Positions 40,814-51,481 are shown, counted from the stretch's first letter. The stretch is 64,000 nucleotides of DNA from an uncultured Nitrospiraceae bacterium (GCA_964412455.1 CAYPOT010000004.1:1036-65035); one strand, 5' to 3'. The notes: generated by a model from the sequence alone, not told the origin. Program-made: numbers and translations.

Positions 40814-41593
40814 TCAGGTGACGCACGCGGTGACACCGGGAACGAACGTATTCTCTGCGAAGATATCTTTGGTGGGCTTTTTGAAGTAGGGACACCGCTC
40901 TTCGCGGCAGCCATGGGGATGTTGAGCGGCGTGGTTGCAGACGATGGCGGTGTCCTTCACCGGCAGGACTACACCGAACTTCTCGGCGAACACCGCGACC
41001 GCCACCGCGAGCGCCGCGCGCACATAGGCCTTGCAGCAGCTCGGCCCGGTCAGGTCCGTGATGGCCCGGGAAACCCGCGTAACGGTTTCCATCACGATCT
41101 TCTGCTCCCGGTCCGATCCGCACCGGGCGCCGAGGAAGATCGAGAAGCACGCACCGATGGCAGGCGCTACGCCGCACACGCCGGTGAGGCCGCAATAGCC
41201 GCCGTGCGCCTGTTTCGCGGTCCGGGTAAATGCCTCGCGGACCTCAGCCTCCCCGATCTTCGAACCGTAAGGGGAGTTCCTGAGAGCCGCCATGAGCGCG
41301 CCGGCAGCGATATACGCATGGTCGCAGGACAGCATGGGCAGAGCTGGATGAGACATCATGATCTCGGCGAGCGCCAGGGGATCCCCGTCCCGGGAAGTTA
41401 GCGCGAGTTCCTCGATGACCTTACGCGCATCCTTGCCGTGACAGGCATCGCAGATGAAGTGGCCCTTCGGGCATTTGACGTGTGCCTGCTGTTCCTTTCC
41501 GCAATAGGTGCAGATGAGGCTCTCGGCTGCATTGAGGTAATCCAGCTTGCCGCCGCACGCCATGCAGTTTTCGGTGTTCTTTGTTGTGGACAT
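40814..41593 (-). CDS. Cysteine-rich hypothetical protein (N-terminal zinc ribbons)
   Basis: CMACGG...CTYCG...CPKGHFICDAC N-terminus and multiple C-terminal Cys. No family assigned. Confidence 0.5.
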   Translation of the reverse strand: MSTTKNTENCMACGGKLDYLNAAESLICTYCGKEQQAHVKCPKGHFICDACHGKDARKVIEELALTSRDGDPLALAEIMMSHPALPMLSCDHAYIAAGALMAALRNSPYGSKIGEAEVREAFTRTAKQAHGGYCGLTGVCGVAPAIGACFSIFLGARCGSDREQKIVMETVTRVSRAITDLTGPSCCKAYVRAALAVAVAVFAEKFGVVLPVKDTAIVCNHAAQHPHGCREERCPYFKKPTKDIFAENTFVPGVTACVT

Positions 41594-41685
41594 GGATAAC
41601 TATACCACTGAAATAATCGGGATTCAAAGCGAAATCACTTCCTTAAGTTCCACTTCGCGGTTGTTTCTCTGACGCTTACGTTTTA

Positions 41686-44268
41686 TCACATCAGTACCAT
41701 CTGCTTCTCAACCGCCCCCTTCATCCACTCCGGCAATTCTCCTAACGCGAGGTTCTTCAGTTCTCCCGGCTCCACCTTATGAAGTCCCCCGCCGTATGCC
41801 CGTCCTACACGAAGGAATTCCTGCATCGGGATGGCGTTCATCAGGTCAAGAAGTTCTTTCATTCGATTTGGGTTTTCAGTCAATTGACTAAGTAGCGCCG
41901 GTTTCGGGTAGAGATGCAGGAATACATTTGTGCCAATCGCTTGTGAATGGTTGAGGAAGAACCGGATTGGGGCCTTGCCGTTGACGTTCGACCGGCCCAT
42001 GTAGGTTGCCATAAAAAGCGACGGGGCGCGCTTCTCCTGAAAGTACCAGACCTCCTTGCTTGCGCAGAGATACCGCTCATGAAGCCCTTGTTTCTTTCCC
42101 TTCTGGAGATACGACCAGAGCCCGGAATAACGATCCTTCACTACATTGGGAGGAAGGTTGCAATCAAGCAGAAACTTGAGATTGTCGATCTCCGGCATGC
42201 CGTTGGCGTCTGCCGCTATAACGTCCTGTGTCAAATACCGGGGGCTTGGAAGGATAGGTTTCAAGAATTGCTTTGGGATTGAATATTCTTTGATGATGTC
42301 CTGGCTGATGATGAAAAACTCATTCGCGCCTGTAGCAATGCCGCGCCGCACCACGAAGAAATCACCCAATGTATCTTTCTCCGCACCCGCATCATTGTCC
42401 TGCTCAAAATGAAGCAGGCCCCATTTCAGCGAGCTATCACGACCAGCAAGATCGATCGTTTTGGTTTCCTCGGGATGATTAAGGTTTCCGCCGTATGAGA
42501 ACGTGAAGGAAGCAGAGCTTTCGGGCCGTGTCTTCTTGTAGGTTACCACGCAGGACGAGACGAGGGCATCATCAAACTGGACTGATTCGGGATTGAACTG
42601 ATGGATATTCAGAAGCGTAACCTGCTTGCTCAGGTACTCACGGAGGGGCTGGCCATAATTTACATAGAGAAATTCGGATGGAATTAACCAGGACGCGATG
42701 CCGTTAGGAGCAATAAGAGCATCGGTCAACAATACAAAATAAATATATAATCCTGATAGACCGCTGACTTTCAATCCGAGGTTCTTGCTGACAATCGCCT
42801 GCAACTCCTGCTTCAATAACGGTTCGATGTGATGATGCCTTACATAGGGCGGATTCGTGCAGAGCAGATTGAAGCGGGAGCGGTTCCCCTCCGCACGCGC
42901 AAATGCAAAGAAGTCCTGAACGAGAACTTTGAAGTCCTTGTCACTGAAAAGCTTCGCTGCTATCTTTGCATACGCCTCGTCCTGCTCCACGCCTACGGCC
43001 TCCAGAATGGCATGGTCTCCGATCTCTTGCATCAAGGCGGAATAAAACACCCCTGATCCGAGAGCAGGTTCAAGAAAGGAAACAAGTGTTGATGAGGGGA
43101 GTTCCGCAAGCGATCTGGCGACTATTTGGCGAGCCAGGACATAAGGCGTTGAAAACTGGCCAAGAACATTTCTTTCTTCCTGGGATTTCGTTCCATCTAT
43201 GTTTAATTGCAGTTTGAACCGTTCTTGTTCTGTTGCACTTGGCTTCGCTTGGTCATACGCCTCTACTGTTTCTTCGATACCGCGGGCTTTTTTTTTACCT
43301 TTGACCAGAAGCGCGCTCAAATCATCCATCCGGTGTTCCCAGACCCAATCAATCCCTTCAGAAGCCTCGTAACCAAGATAAGGAGGGTCGAAGTAGCCGC
43401 ACAGGAACAGAATGAACTTAACATTCTTTCCATAGCGTTCCTTGAGTTGCGCAAACTTTTGGGCTTCCTCCTTTCTTCTCTTGTTGGTATTCGTCGCGTC
43501 TCCCGCTGACTTCGCCTCGATCAATACGGGAAAGTCCCTCTCTCCGGCAGAAAGAGGTTTTATAACGCAATCGATCGGTATATTTACAGGGGTCTTTTTC
43601 TTTCCAACAGACACATTTAGACGGAAGGTAAAGGTTCCGGGTGGCATCGCTTCGAGGTCCCTGGCCGCTGCGGTCTCTATCTGCTTATAGCCATTTCGGC
43701 GCAGCCAACCCTTGAGCGTGGCAAGTTGTCGCTTCTCCTGTGCATTTCTGATAATCGGGTTGGATGTTGCACCGCAGAGCCTATCTGCGATAACCGTAGC
43801 GGCACGGTCCCTTTCAGTGTCAGAGGGTTCCTCTCCTGATACGAGCCAGGGCAGCAAGTCGCGGTCTGTAAGTTCCATTACGATCCCACAAATGCGCTGC
43901 AATCCCTCATCAAGAATGGCCTTGTCCATGCGGACCGGCAGTCTCGGTGGTTTATTTTCGCTGCCTTCCATCGCGCAGATCATTGCCTTGTTGAGGTGAC
44001 CAAGCCCGATAAGGCGGTCCCTTGCCAGGGGCGGCGCAGTGACCATACGAAGAATGGGCAGGATTCCGGGGCTTTCCTTCAGAACATTAGGCGTGATCTG
44101 GGATAGGTTGCAGGTCTTTTCAAAGGTGTCGATAACTTCTTTTGCGCGGATTACTCGCTGCTTGCGGTAGGTATTGGGAGCGAAGCGGAGGAACCAGTCG
44201 TTATAGAAATCGATCGACTGGGCTACGTCGGCTTTCCATAAATGCGGTTTGTCCGAATTGATCGGCAT
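41686..44268 (-). CDS. Fused restriction endonuclease / gamma-class N6-adenine DNA methyltransferase (Type IIG/IIL, MmeI-like architecture)
   Basis: N-terminal PD-(D/E)xK-like block (IDCVIKP...VLIEAKS). MTase motif I (LEPALGSGVF) and motif IV (NPPY in LCTNPPYVRHH), with a C-terminal TRD-like region. 860 aa, and GC is lower than the flanks. Confidence 0.7.
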   Translation of the reverse strand: MPINSDKPHLWKADVAQSIDFYNDWFLRFAPNTYRKQRVIRAKEVIDTFEKTCNLSQITPNVLKESPGILPILRMVTAPPLARDRLIGLGHLNKAMICAMEGSENKPPRLPVRMDKAILDEGLQRICGIVMELTDRDLLPWLVSGEEPSDTERDRAATVIADRLCGATSNPIIRNAQEKRQLATLKGWLRRNGYKQIETAAARDLEAMPPGTFTFRLNVSVGKKKTPVNIPIDCVIKPLSAGERDFPVLIEAKSAGDATNTNKRRKEEAQKFAQLKERYGKNVKFILFLCGYFDPPYLGYEASEGIDWVWEHRMDDLSALLVKGKKKARGIEETVEAYDQAKPSATEQERFKLQLNIDGTKSQEERNVLGQFSTPYVLARQIVARSLAELPSSTLVSFLEPALGSGVFYSALMQEIGDHAILEAVGVEQDEAYAKIAAKLFSDKDFKVLVQDFFAFARAEGNRSRFNLLCTNPPYVRHHHIEPLLKQELQAIVSKNLGLKVSGLSGLYIYFVLLTDALIAPNGIASWLIPSEFLYVNYGQPLREYLSKQVTLLNIHQFNPESVQFDDALVSSCVVTYKKTRPESSASFTFSYGGNLNHPEETKTIDLAGRDSSLKWGLLHFEQDNDAGAEKDTLGDFFVVRRGIATGANEFFIISQDIIKEYSIPKQFLKPILPSPRYLTQDVIAADANGMPEIDNLKFLLDCNLPPNVVKDRYSGLWSYLQKGKKQGLHERYLCASKEVWYFQEKRAPSLFMATYMGRSNVNGKAPIRFFLNHSQAIGTNVFLHLYPKPALLSQLTENPNRMKELLDLMNAIPMQEFLRVGRAYGGGLHKVEPGELKNLALGELPEWMKGAVEKQMVLM

Positions 44269-44452
44269 TGTGCATCCTCGTTCGCCTTCAGGTTACCTTC
44301 ATTATGTGGAAGAGAATACTATAATGAAAAGTAAATGGCAAGAAGAAGAAAGGAGGAGAAAGGGCAGGGGAAAAAAGAGAAAAAACGAATCAATACTTAA
44401 CCATTGGCAGGAAACAGCCCATCTCAGGAGGTACTCGTGCGCGTCTCTTCGG

Positions 44453-44800
44453 TCATAAGACAATGCCCTCTCGCTTTATGTTCCTGTAGAAGGGCATGGA
44501 ATCGTAGAGCGGGGAGCTCCAGTCCGCTCTCGCCACGGAGATGACGGTCAGCACGGCGCCGGTCTCAAGTTCGATCGGATAGATGCTCCGGCGGAACCGG
44601 TCTTCCTGTTCGAGGGTCACGGGTCCATCGGCGACGATAAGGAGGTCGTAGTCCGAATCGGGAAGCGCATCGCGCCGCGCGCGCGAGCCATAGAGTATGA
44701 CCTCGGAAGAAGGTGTTATCGCCTTAATGGCGTCGCGGCATCTTAAGAGAATGGCCTTCTGCGTCTCCTCGACCGCTGTCTGTTCCATCAATTGCTTCAT
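44453..44800 (-). CDS. Nucleotidyltransferase-domain protein (orphan MNT-like)
   Basis: ILYGSRARRDALPDSDYDLLIV motif. The start is uncertain; the tracker ORF extends to 44914 and would overlap the PKS gene. Confidence 0.6.
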   Translation of the reverse strand: MKQLMEQTAVEETQKAILLRCRDAIKAITPSSEVILYGSRARRDALPDSDYDLLIVADGPVTLEQEDRFRRSIYPIELETGAVLTVISVARADWSSPLYDSMPFYRNIKREGIVL

Positions 44801-44888
44801 AGCATTATCACCTGTTGCCCGGATGCTCGTTGCGCTCTGTTCTGACGGCATTATTGCGCAGCTTGTCATGTTTGTCAAGCCCGCGCTG

Positions 44889-45950
44889 TTATACTCTCCT
44901 GAGCAGAAAAGCATGAGCCGACAGCCCCGCTCCGTAGGCGATCATGACGCACCAGTCGCCGGGAGCGACACCGTTCCTGCCGATCTCGTCCATCACGAAC
45001 CACACCGTGGGCGACGACATGTTGCCGAATGCGGACAGGACCTTGCGCGTTGCCGCGAGCCGCTCCTCGGGAATGCCGATCTCGTCCCGCACGGCATTGA
45101 TGATCTTCTCCCCTCCGGTATGAAGCGCCCAGTGCTTCACATCGTCGACGGCAAGCAACCGCGCCTTCAGGACATCGGCGACCACTTCCGCCGCCGCCTT
45201 CTTGACGAGGTCCGGCAGTTTGAGCGAAAGCTGGTTGTGGAGCTGTCCTTTCTTATGGACGTACCGGATGGTCTCGCGCTGTTCAGGCACATACCGTGTG
45301 GCCGATGCGACAAGCTCCCATCCTGCCGGCCGGTCCCAAAGCACTGCCGCTGCCGCTCCGTCGCCGAACAACGCGTTCGACAGGATCAGGCTCAGATCAT
45401 TGTCCATCTGGAGTGTCGCGCTGCAGATCTCCACGGACACGCTCACGACAACGCCGCCGGCTGAGACGAGCGCTTCCGCCGCCTGGAGGTTCGGGATGGC
45501 GCCCCCGCATCCGCTTCCCACAAGGTCAAACGCGCGGATGCTGCGCGAAAGACCGAGCCGTTCGATGAGGTACGTGGAGATGCCGGGGCAGATATACCCC
45601 GTGCAGGTGTTCACCACGATGGCCGACACATCCTTGACGCCGACGCCGGCCCGGCCAAGGGCCTGCGTGATCGCCTCGGCAGACAACTCGACGGACCTCC
45701 GGGTGAACCGTTCAATGCGGCGGTCCGGGTCCTCGTTCACCAGCTCAAGGGGGTCATCAACGGCAAAATGGCGTTTGTTGATGCTTGGATGGGAAAAACA
45801 GGTGCTGATGAGGCCCATGCTCCTGGAGTTCAACCTGCTTCCGTAATGCTTCTTCATGAACTCCTCGGCGAATGCCTGGTCACAACTGTAGAGCGGCACC
45901 GCCGTGGCAAGGGATGCGATGTACGTTTTATTCTGTTTGATCGTGGTCAT
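44889..45950 (-). CDS. Type III polyketide synthase (chalcone/stilbene-synthase family)
   Basis: Active-site Cys context (LVGSGCGGAIPNL), HTGGEKII and AYGAGLS. The ATG at 45950 gives MTTIKQNK...; the tracker's upstream extension translates the heptamer repeat. Confidence 0.8.
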   Translation of the reverse strand: MTTIKQNKTYIASLATAVPLYSCDQAFAEEFMKKHYGSRLNSRSMGLISTCFSHPSINKRHFAVDDPLELVNEDPDRRIERFTRRSVELSAEAITQALGRAGVGVKDVSAIVVNTCTGYICPGISTYLIERLGLSRSIRAFDLVGSGCGGAIPNLQAAEALVSAGGVVVSVSVEICSATLQMDNDLSLILSNALFGDGAAAAVLWDRPAGWELVASATRYVPEQRETIRYVHKKGQLHNQLSLKLPDLVKKAAAEVVADVLKARLLAVDDVKHWALHTGGEKIINAVRDEIGIPEERLAATRKVLSAFGNMSSPTVWFVMDEIGRNGVAPGDWCVMIAYGAGLSAHAFLLRRV

Positions 45951-45961
45951 CTGAAGGTTAG

Positions 45962-46021
<60 letters not shown>

Positions 46022-46026
46022 TTTTC

Positions 46027-47454
46027 CTACACATCCATGCCCGTCATCCGAAGCACCCGCCTGATGAACCGCGTGTGTTTCCAGAGCGGCGGACGCACGC
46101 CCAGCAGGTGCGCGAACCGGTGGACCCGGGGAAGGATGGACAACCCGATGGAGTCGGTATTGATGAAGTTCATGTGCGTGCTCATGGACCTTCTGACCTC
46201 GTCCATCATCCAGCTGGCATCCACATCAGGCGATACATAGAACACGGGCCGGAGCATCTGGTCCGGAGGGGCCGTAAGAATGCCCTGGCGCCTCGCGATG
46301 GACTCGAGCTCCGTCCCTGGATAGATCCTGATGCCTATATTGAAGAACACCACGTCCTGCGGCCGGGGGGCGGTCCCGGCGAACCTGAGCGTTTCAGCCA
46401 CCGTATCCCGCGTCTCTCCCGGCCCGCCCAGCAGGAATATCCACGCGCAGGGGATGCGGTGCCTTTTCATGACCTCGGCGGCCTTGTGCACCTCACGGGT
46501 CGTGAACCCCTTGCGCAGCCCCTCGAGAACGCGGTCCGACGCGCTCTCCACGGTCAGCCCCATGCCGGCAAAGCCTGCCCGTTCCATGGCCGATACCAGG
46601 CCATCATCGAAGGACCGCGGGTTCAGCTCCAGGCTTTGAAGCCGCGCCCCGTGCTTTACCTTTGCGAGCGCGTCGCACACTCCCCTTGCGTGTTCATAGG
46701 GAACATTGAACACGCTGTCCACCAGTTCGATGTCCCGGAGACCGGAGCCCGCCAGCCGCATAACAGCATCAGCCACGCTTCCCGGGTCGGCGAGCCGGTG
46801 GCCATTCCCCTCGATCTTGCGGTAGGTGCAGTAGACGCACTGGAAGGCGCACCCGAGCTTGGTCTGAAGCGGGGCGGTGGCGAGCTGGGATCGGTATGCG
46901 GGCACATCCACCCAGCGATGGTAGCCGGGCGCCCCGCATTCCGTGGTACCATCCTGACCGGGACAGGGCGTGCTGTTGAACCCGTCATGGTCAAGATAGG
47001 CAATGCCGGGGACATCGCCAAACGTCTCACCTTCGGCAATGCGGTCCAGCAGCAGCGGGAAGACCGTCTCCCCGTCGCCCAGCACGCCGCAGGATACTTC
47101 ACAGAACCGGAGGATCGCTTCGGGCATGACCGCCAGCGCGGCGCCGCCCAGTATGACCGGCGCATCACAATGCTCCCGGACGGTATTCACGATGCGGCGC
47201 AGGTCCTCAAGAAAGAACGCAGTGTCCCGCATATCATTATTGTCGATGTTCCGCACCGACAGGCCAACCACATCTGGCCGGAACGAGAGGATCGCAAGTT
47301 TGACCGCCTCGTGGGGCTGCCGCTCGAACATGAGGTCAAGCATCGTGACGCGATGGCCCGCATGCTCGCAGGCCTCCGCCACCATGCAGGCGCCGATGGG
47401 CATGACGGGCATGGGAAGGTTATTCCGGTTCGTGCTGATGAGAAGGATGTTCAT
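46027..47454 (-). CDS. B12-binding domain radical SAM protein
   Basis: N-terminal cobalamin-binding-like domain and the radical SAM CxxxCxxC (GCAFQCVYC). 475 aa. Confidence 0.8.
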   Translation of the reverse strand: MNILLISTNRNNLPMPVMPIGACMVAEACEHAGHRVTMLDLMFERQPHEAVKLAILSFRPDVVGLSVRNIDNNDMRDTAFFLEDLRRIVNTVREHCDAPVILGGAALAVMPEAILRFCEVSCGVLGDGETVFPLLLDRIAEGETFGDVPGIAYLDHDGFNSTPCPGQDGTTECGAPGYHRWVDVPAYRSQLATAPLQTKLGCAFQCVYCTYRKIEGNGHRLADPGSVADAVMRLAGSGLRDIELVDSVFNVPYEHARGVCDALAKVKHGARLQSLELNPRSFDDGLVSAMERAGFAGMGLTVESASDRVLEGLRKGFTTREVHKAAEVMKRHRIPCAWIFLLGGPGETRDTVAETLRFAGTAPRPQDVVFFNIGIRIYPGTELESIARRQGILTAPPDQMLRPVFYVSPDVDASWMMDEVRRSMSTHMNFINTDSIGLSILPRVHRFAHLLGVRPPLWKHTRFIRRVLRMTGMDV

Positions 47455-47829
47455 GATGACGGTCTCAGATCATGATACCTCAGCCGGGGGGGGAGAACAA
47501 GCCGGAAGATATAAAGTTTTTATGTTTTTTTCTGCACCGCCACTCACAGTTCCGCGCAAACATGACAAGTCGCCTTCTGTTTTAACCGGACAATACGGCC
47601 TTCCCTGTGCGCTTACGCTTCGCACGCGCAGGCATGATCTGTGGTCATACTTGATCTATTCCAGTCATGTAGCTCGCGAACCGGCTCATGGAATGCAGGG
47701 CGCTCTGGAAAAGCAAGTCTTTACCCGATCCTGCACATTATATTATCACGGTCCATGCTTGATTTCCCCGCTCGTTTGCGTTATGCTCTCTTTGCTTGCT
47801 CAGTATCCTCTCATTCTTTGAGGTCTCCC

Positions 47830-48612
47830 GTGAACAAACTAGCCCACCTGCTGATCCTCGTCCTTGTCGCTGTCTTCCCGGCGGCGGCCCACGAGGCCAC
47901 GCCGGTCAAAGCCGACGTCGCGCTGGACGAAAAGCTCGGCGCGGTCATTCCCGGTGACATTTCGCTGCGCGATGAGAACGGGAAACCCGTCAACCTCAAG
48001 GCCATCATTGACAAGCCCACGATCATCGCGCCGGTGTATCTGCACTGCGCCCATACCTGTCCCCTGCTTCTGACAGGCCTCGCCGGCGCGCTGGGCAAAC
48101 TGGAACTCGTTCAGCCCGGCAGGGATTACCGCGTCATCACCATGAGCATCGATGAGCGTGAGGGACCGGAGATCGCCCGGGAGAAGAAACCGAATTATAT
48201 CGCCGCCGTGCGAAAGCCCTTCCCCGAAAGCGAGTGGAAGTTCCTTACCGGCGACAACGCGAACATAAGGAAGTTCACCGATGCCGTGGGCTTCACGTTC
48301 CAGCGGGACGGTGAGGACTTCTCCCATCCCATCGTTATCCTCATCCTGGCGCCCGGCGGCAAGGTAACGCGCTATCTCCACGGCGTCTCCTTCCTGCCCT
48401 TCGAGATCACCATGGCCGTCACCGAGGCCAGCCAGGGCAGGATCAGCTCGCCGGCGGGCAGGGTGCTCGCGTACTGCTTCAGCTACGACCCTCTGAAGCA
48501 GTCCTACGTGTTCAATATCCTCAAGGTCGTCGGGACGGTCATGATCGTTACGCTGGTTTCCTTCTTTATTTTTCTCATGGTGACAACGAAGAAGAAACGG
48601 GGCGCTGCATAA
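47830..48612 (+). CDS. SCO1/SenC copper chaperone (thioredoxin fold)
   Basis: CAHTCP CxxxC motif, a signal peptide from the GTG at 47830 (preceded by GAGG), and a C-terminal TM anchor. Confidence 0.75.
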   Translation: MNKLAHLLILVLVAVFPAAAHEATPVKADVALDEKLGAVIPGDISLRDENGKPVNLKAIIDKPTIIAPVYLHCAHTCPLLLTGLAGALGKLELVQPGRDYRVITMSIDEREGPEIAREKKPNYIAAVRKPFPESEWKFLTGDNANIRKFTDAVGFTFQRDGEDFSHPIVILILAPGGKVTRYLHGVSFLPFEITMAVTEASQGRISSPAGRVLAYCFSYDPLKQSYVFNILKVVGTVMIVTLVSFFIFLMVTTKKKRGAA

Positions 48613-48748
48613 ACAGAAAAGAAGACATCTGAACCGCGAGGGCGCAAGGGACGCGAGGAAATCCAGGTTCGCCGGTCTTTGCCTGTATGGATTTTGCCGT
48701 CCTTCGCGACCTCGCTTAGAAGCGCCTGCTTTTGGTCGCGTCTTTGCG

Positions 48749-50362
48749 GTGAGAAAGACTTATACCCTTCTTATGAATACGAGCTTCTACAACACTCCCG
48801 GCAAGCACAAAGGCATCCTCTCCTGGGTCCTCTCCACGGACCACAAGCGGATCGGGCTGCTCTATCTCTCCTGCATGACCGTCTTCTTCCTGACGGGCAT
48901 GACGCTGGGCCTCCTCATGCGGCTGGAGCTCATCGCGCCTGGCAGGACCATCATGGCGGCGCAGACCTACAACGCGCTCTTCACCCTCCACGGCGTCATC
49001 ATGATCTTCCTGTTCATCATCCCCGGCATTCCCGCAGCGCTCGGAAACTTCATCCTGCCGCTCCAGATCGGCGCCCAGGATGTGTCCTTCCCGCGGCTCA
49101 ACCTCCTGTCGTGGTGGTTCTACATCATCGGAGCGGCGGTCGCCATCACCTCGCTCTTCACCGGCGGCGGTCCTCCCGACACAGGCTGGACCTTCTATGT
49201 CCCCTACAGCGTCCGTACCGGGACGAACGTTTCACTGGCGGTCTTCGGCGTCTTCCTCATGGGCATCTCCTCAACGCTCACCGGGCTCAACTTCGTCACG
49301 ACCATCCACCGCCTGCGGGCGCCGGGGATGAAGTGGTTCCGCATGCCGCTCTTTGTCTGGTCGCTCTATGCAACGGGCTGGGTGCAGCTCCTTGCCACGC
49401 CCGTCATCGCCATCACCCTGCTGATGCTCGTGGCCGAGCGGTTCTTCGGCATCGGCTTCTTCGACCCGGCCAAGGGCGGTGACCCCATCCTCTTCGAGCA
49501 TCTCTTCTGGATCTACTCACACCCGGCGGTCTACATCATGATCCTGCCGGCCATGGGCGCCGTCAGCGAGATCATCCCGGTCTTTGCCCGGCGGACCATC
49601 TTCGGCTATAAGGCCATCGCTTTCTCCAGCCTCGGCATCGCCATCTTCGGCTACCTCGTCTGGGGCCACCATATGTTCACCAGCGGAATGAGCGACGAGT
49701 CAAGAATGATCTTCTCGCTCCTCACCTTTCTCGTGGCTGTGCCGAGCGGCATCAAGGTCTTTAACTGGGTGGCGAGCATGTACAAGGGCTCGATCCGGCT
49801 GGACGCCCCATTCCTCTTCACCATGGCATTTATCTTCCTGTTCTCCATCGGAGGGCTTACCGGATTGATCCAGGGGGCGCTCGCCACGAACGTCCACGTG
49901 CATGGCACCTACTTCATCGTCGCCCATTTCCACTACGTCATGTTCGGCGGCACGGTCTTCGCCTTCTTCGCCAGCCTCCACTACTGGTTCCCCAAGATGT
50001 CCGGACGGATGTACCATGAAGGCCGCGCGCGGCTCGCCGCCCTCATCCTCTTTATCGGATTCAATGCGCTCTACTTCCCCATGTTCATCCTGGGCTGGCA
50101 GGGCATGCCGCGGCGGTACTACGACTACCTCCCGCACTACCAGCCCCTCCACGTCGTCTCCACCGTCGGGTCCTGGATCCTGGCCACGGGCATCCTGTTC
50201 ATGCTGTTCAATCTTCTCCGCTCCCTCAGGACCGGAGAGAAGGTCGGCGATAATCCCTGGGGCGGAACCACGCTGGAGTGGAAGACCACCTCGCCTCCGC
50301 CAACAGAGAATTTTGAGAAGATACCCGAGGTCACGACGGGACCGTACAACTATAAATCTTGA
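48749..50362 (+). CDS. ctaD: Cytochrome c oxidase subunit I
   Basis: Canonical 12-TM CoxI with His ligands (WFYSHPAVY, GHHMF...). The start is either the GTG at 48749 or the ATG at 48773. Confidence 0.95.
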   Translation: MRKTYTLLMNTSFYNTPGKHKGILSWVLSTDHKRIGLLYLSCMTVFFLTGMTLGLLMRLELIAPGRTIMAAQTYNALFTLHGVIMIFLFIIPGIPAALGNFILPLQIGAQDVSFPRLNLLSWWFYIIGAAVAITSLFTGGGPPDTGWTFYVPYSVRTGTNVSLAVFGVFLMGISSTLTGLNFVTTIHRLRAPGMKWFRMPLFVWSLYATGWVQLLATPVIAITLLMLVAERFFGIGFFDPAKGGDPILFEHLFWIYSHPAVYIMILPAMGAVSEIIPVFARRTIFGYKAIAFSSLGIAIFGYLVWGHHMFTSGMSDESRMIFSLLTFLVAVPSGIKVFNWVASMYKGSIRLDAPFLFTMAFIFLFSIGGLTGLIQGALATNVHVHGTYFIVAHFHYVMFGGTVFAFFASLHYWFPKMSGRMYHEGRARLAALILFIGFNALYFPMFILGWQGMPRRYYDYLPHYQPLHVVSTVGSWILATGILFMLFNLLRSLRTGEKVGDNPWGGTTLEWKTTSPPPTENFEKIPEVTTGPYNYKS

Positions 50363-50363
50363 A

Positions 50364-50516
50364 CCACAGAGGCACAGAGACACAGAGGAAGGTCATGAAA
50401 CACTTAACCACAGATGAACACAGATAACAGCACCAATTACTTTGATCCGTGTCAATCCGTGGCCAAAAAGATCTTTACTTTACTTTGCTTTTCTCTGTGT
50501 CTCTGTGTCTCTGTGG
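50364..50516. repeat. Inverted CACAGAGA-word repeats (25 nt, 23/25 match) flanking a ~100-nt spacer between coxI and coxIII
   Basis: ccacagaggcacagagacacagagg at 50364-50388 and ttctctgtgtctctgtgtctctgtgg at 50491-50516. Confidence 0.8.
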
Positions 50517-50530
50517 CAGACGTTGACTTT

Positions 50531-51148
50531 ATGAACGATATCACTCAAACAACATTGCCCCACAAAGACTACGCCGGCGCCAAGCTCGGCATGTGGCTCT
50601 TCCTGTTCACGGAGATCCTGCTCTTCGGCGGGCTGTTCCTGGTCTATTCTGTGTACCGGTCGATGTATCCGCAGGACTTTCACGAGGCCGCGGCCGGACT
50701 CAGCACCGTCCTCGGGACGGTCAACACGCTCATCCTGCTCACGAGCAGCCTGACCATGGCGCTCTCCATTTCGGCGCTTCGTCGCGGGAACAGCAGGCGA
50801 TCGGTCCTGCTGCAGGCCGCCACGATCGTGTTTGGTCTTGTCTTTCTCGTGAACAAGTATTTTGAATGGAGCGGGCATATCCATGAGGGGCTGTATCCGA
50901 ACGCCCCCGAACTGTTGTCGCGGAGCCACGGAGAGATCCTCTTTTACGGCCTTTACTACGTTATGACCGGACTCCACGGGCTCCACGTCGTCGTTGGCCT
51001 TGTCCTCATCGGGATCATGCTGGCCTTGACCAGTCGGCAACGGATCACCGGCGCTGACCATGTCAAACTGGAGAACGCGGGGCTTTACTGGCACCTGGTG
51101 GACCTGATCTGGATATATCTGTTCCCGCTGTTCTATCTGATAACATAG
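50531..51148 (+). CDS. ctaE: Cytochrome c oxidase subunit III
   Basis: Subunit III TM pattern (MWLFLFTEILLFGGLF...HVVVGL). I used the ATG at 50531; the tracker's longer ORF reads through the CACAGAG repeat. Confidence 0.85.
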   Translation: MNDITQTTLPHKDYAGAKLGMWLFLFTEILLFGGLFLVYSVYRSMYPQDFHEAAAGLSTVLGTVNTLILLTSSLTMALSISALRRGNSRRSVLLQAATIVFGLVFLVNKYFEWSGHIHEGLYPNAPELLSRSHGEILFYGLYYVMTGLHGLHVVVGLVLIGIMLALTSRQRITGADHVKLENAGLYWHLVDLIWIYLFPLFYLIT

Positions 51149-51160
51149 GGGCGAGGGCAT

Positions 51161-51481
51161 ATGAACCGTCGCGCACTACATTTGATAGCTCTGCTTGTCT
51201 GGATCATCGGGTTTTTCCTCATAGGGTTCGGCGTATGGGGATTTCAGGCGGGACACCTCATGCTCATGGGATACTTGCTGGCGGGCGTCGTGATCTACGT
51301 GTTCGCTGCGTTCCTCAACCGGTGTCCGAAGTGCAGGATGCCATTGCTGCTCAAACCGATGAAGCTGCTCGGCATGGACCTGTACCGGTGGGCGTTCCTC
51401 ACCCCGGAACAGTGCGGACATTGCGGAAACATCCTCGAGCAAAACAAGAGAGGTCAGGGGTCAAACACCCTATCATCATGA
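51161..51481 (+). CDS. Small membrane protein with C-terminal CxxC...CxxC zinc ribbon
   Basis: Two TM helices then CPKC...CGHC. RBS GGGCGAGGG. Confidence 0.5.
   Translation: MNRRALHLIALLVWIIGFFLIGFGVWGFQAGHLMLMGYLLAGVVIYVFAAFLNRCPKCRMPLLLKPMKLLGMDLYRWAFLTPEQCGHCGNILEQNKRGQGSNTLSS

Noticed and set aside
44249-44458. 69-aa K/R/E-rich ORF (+) between the RM gene and the MNT gene
   Set aside because: It is the promoter/upstream region of the RM gene on the opposite strand, and the composition is low-complexity.
50414-50530. N-terminal 39-codon extension of coxIII in the ORF track
   Set aside because: It translates the CACAGAGA inverted-repeat spacer (…CFSLCLCVSV…). The conserved subunit III begins at the ATG at 50531.
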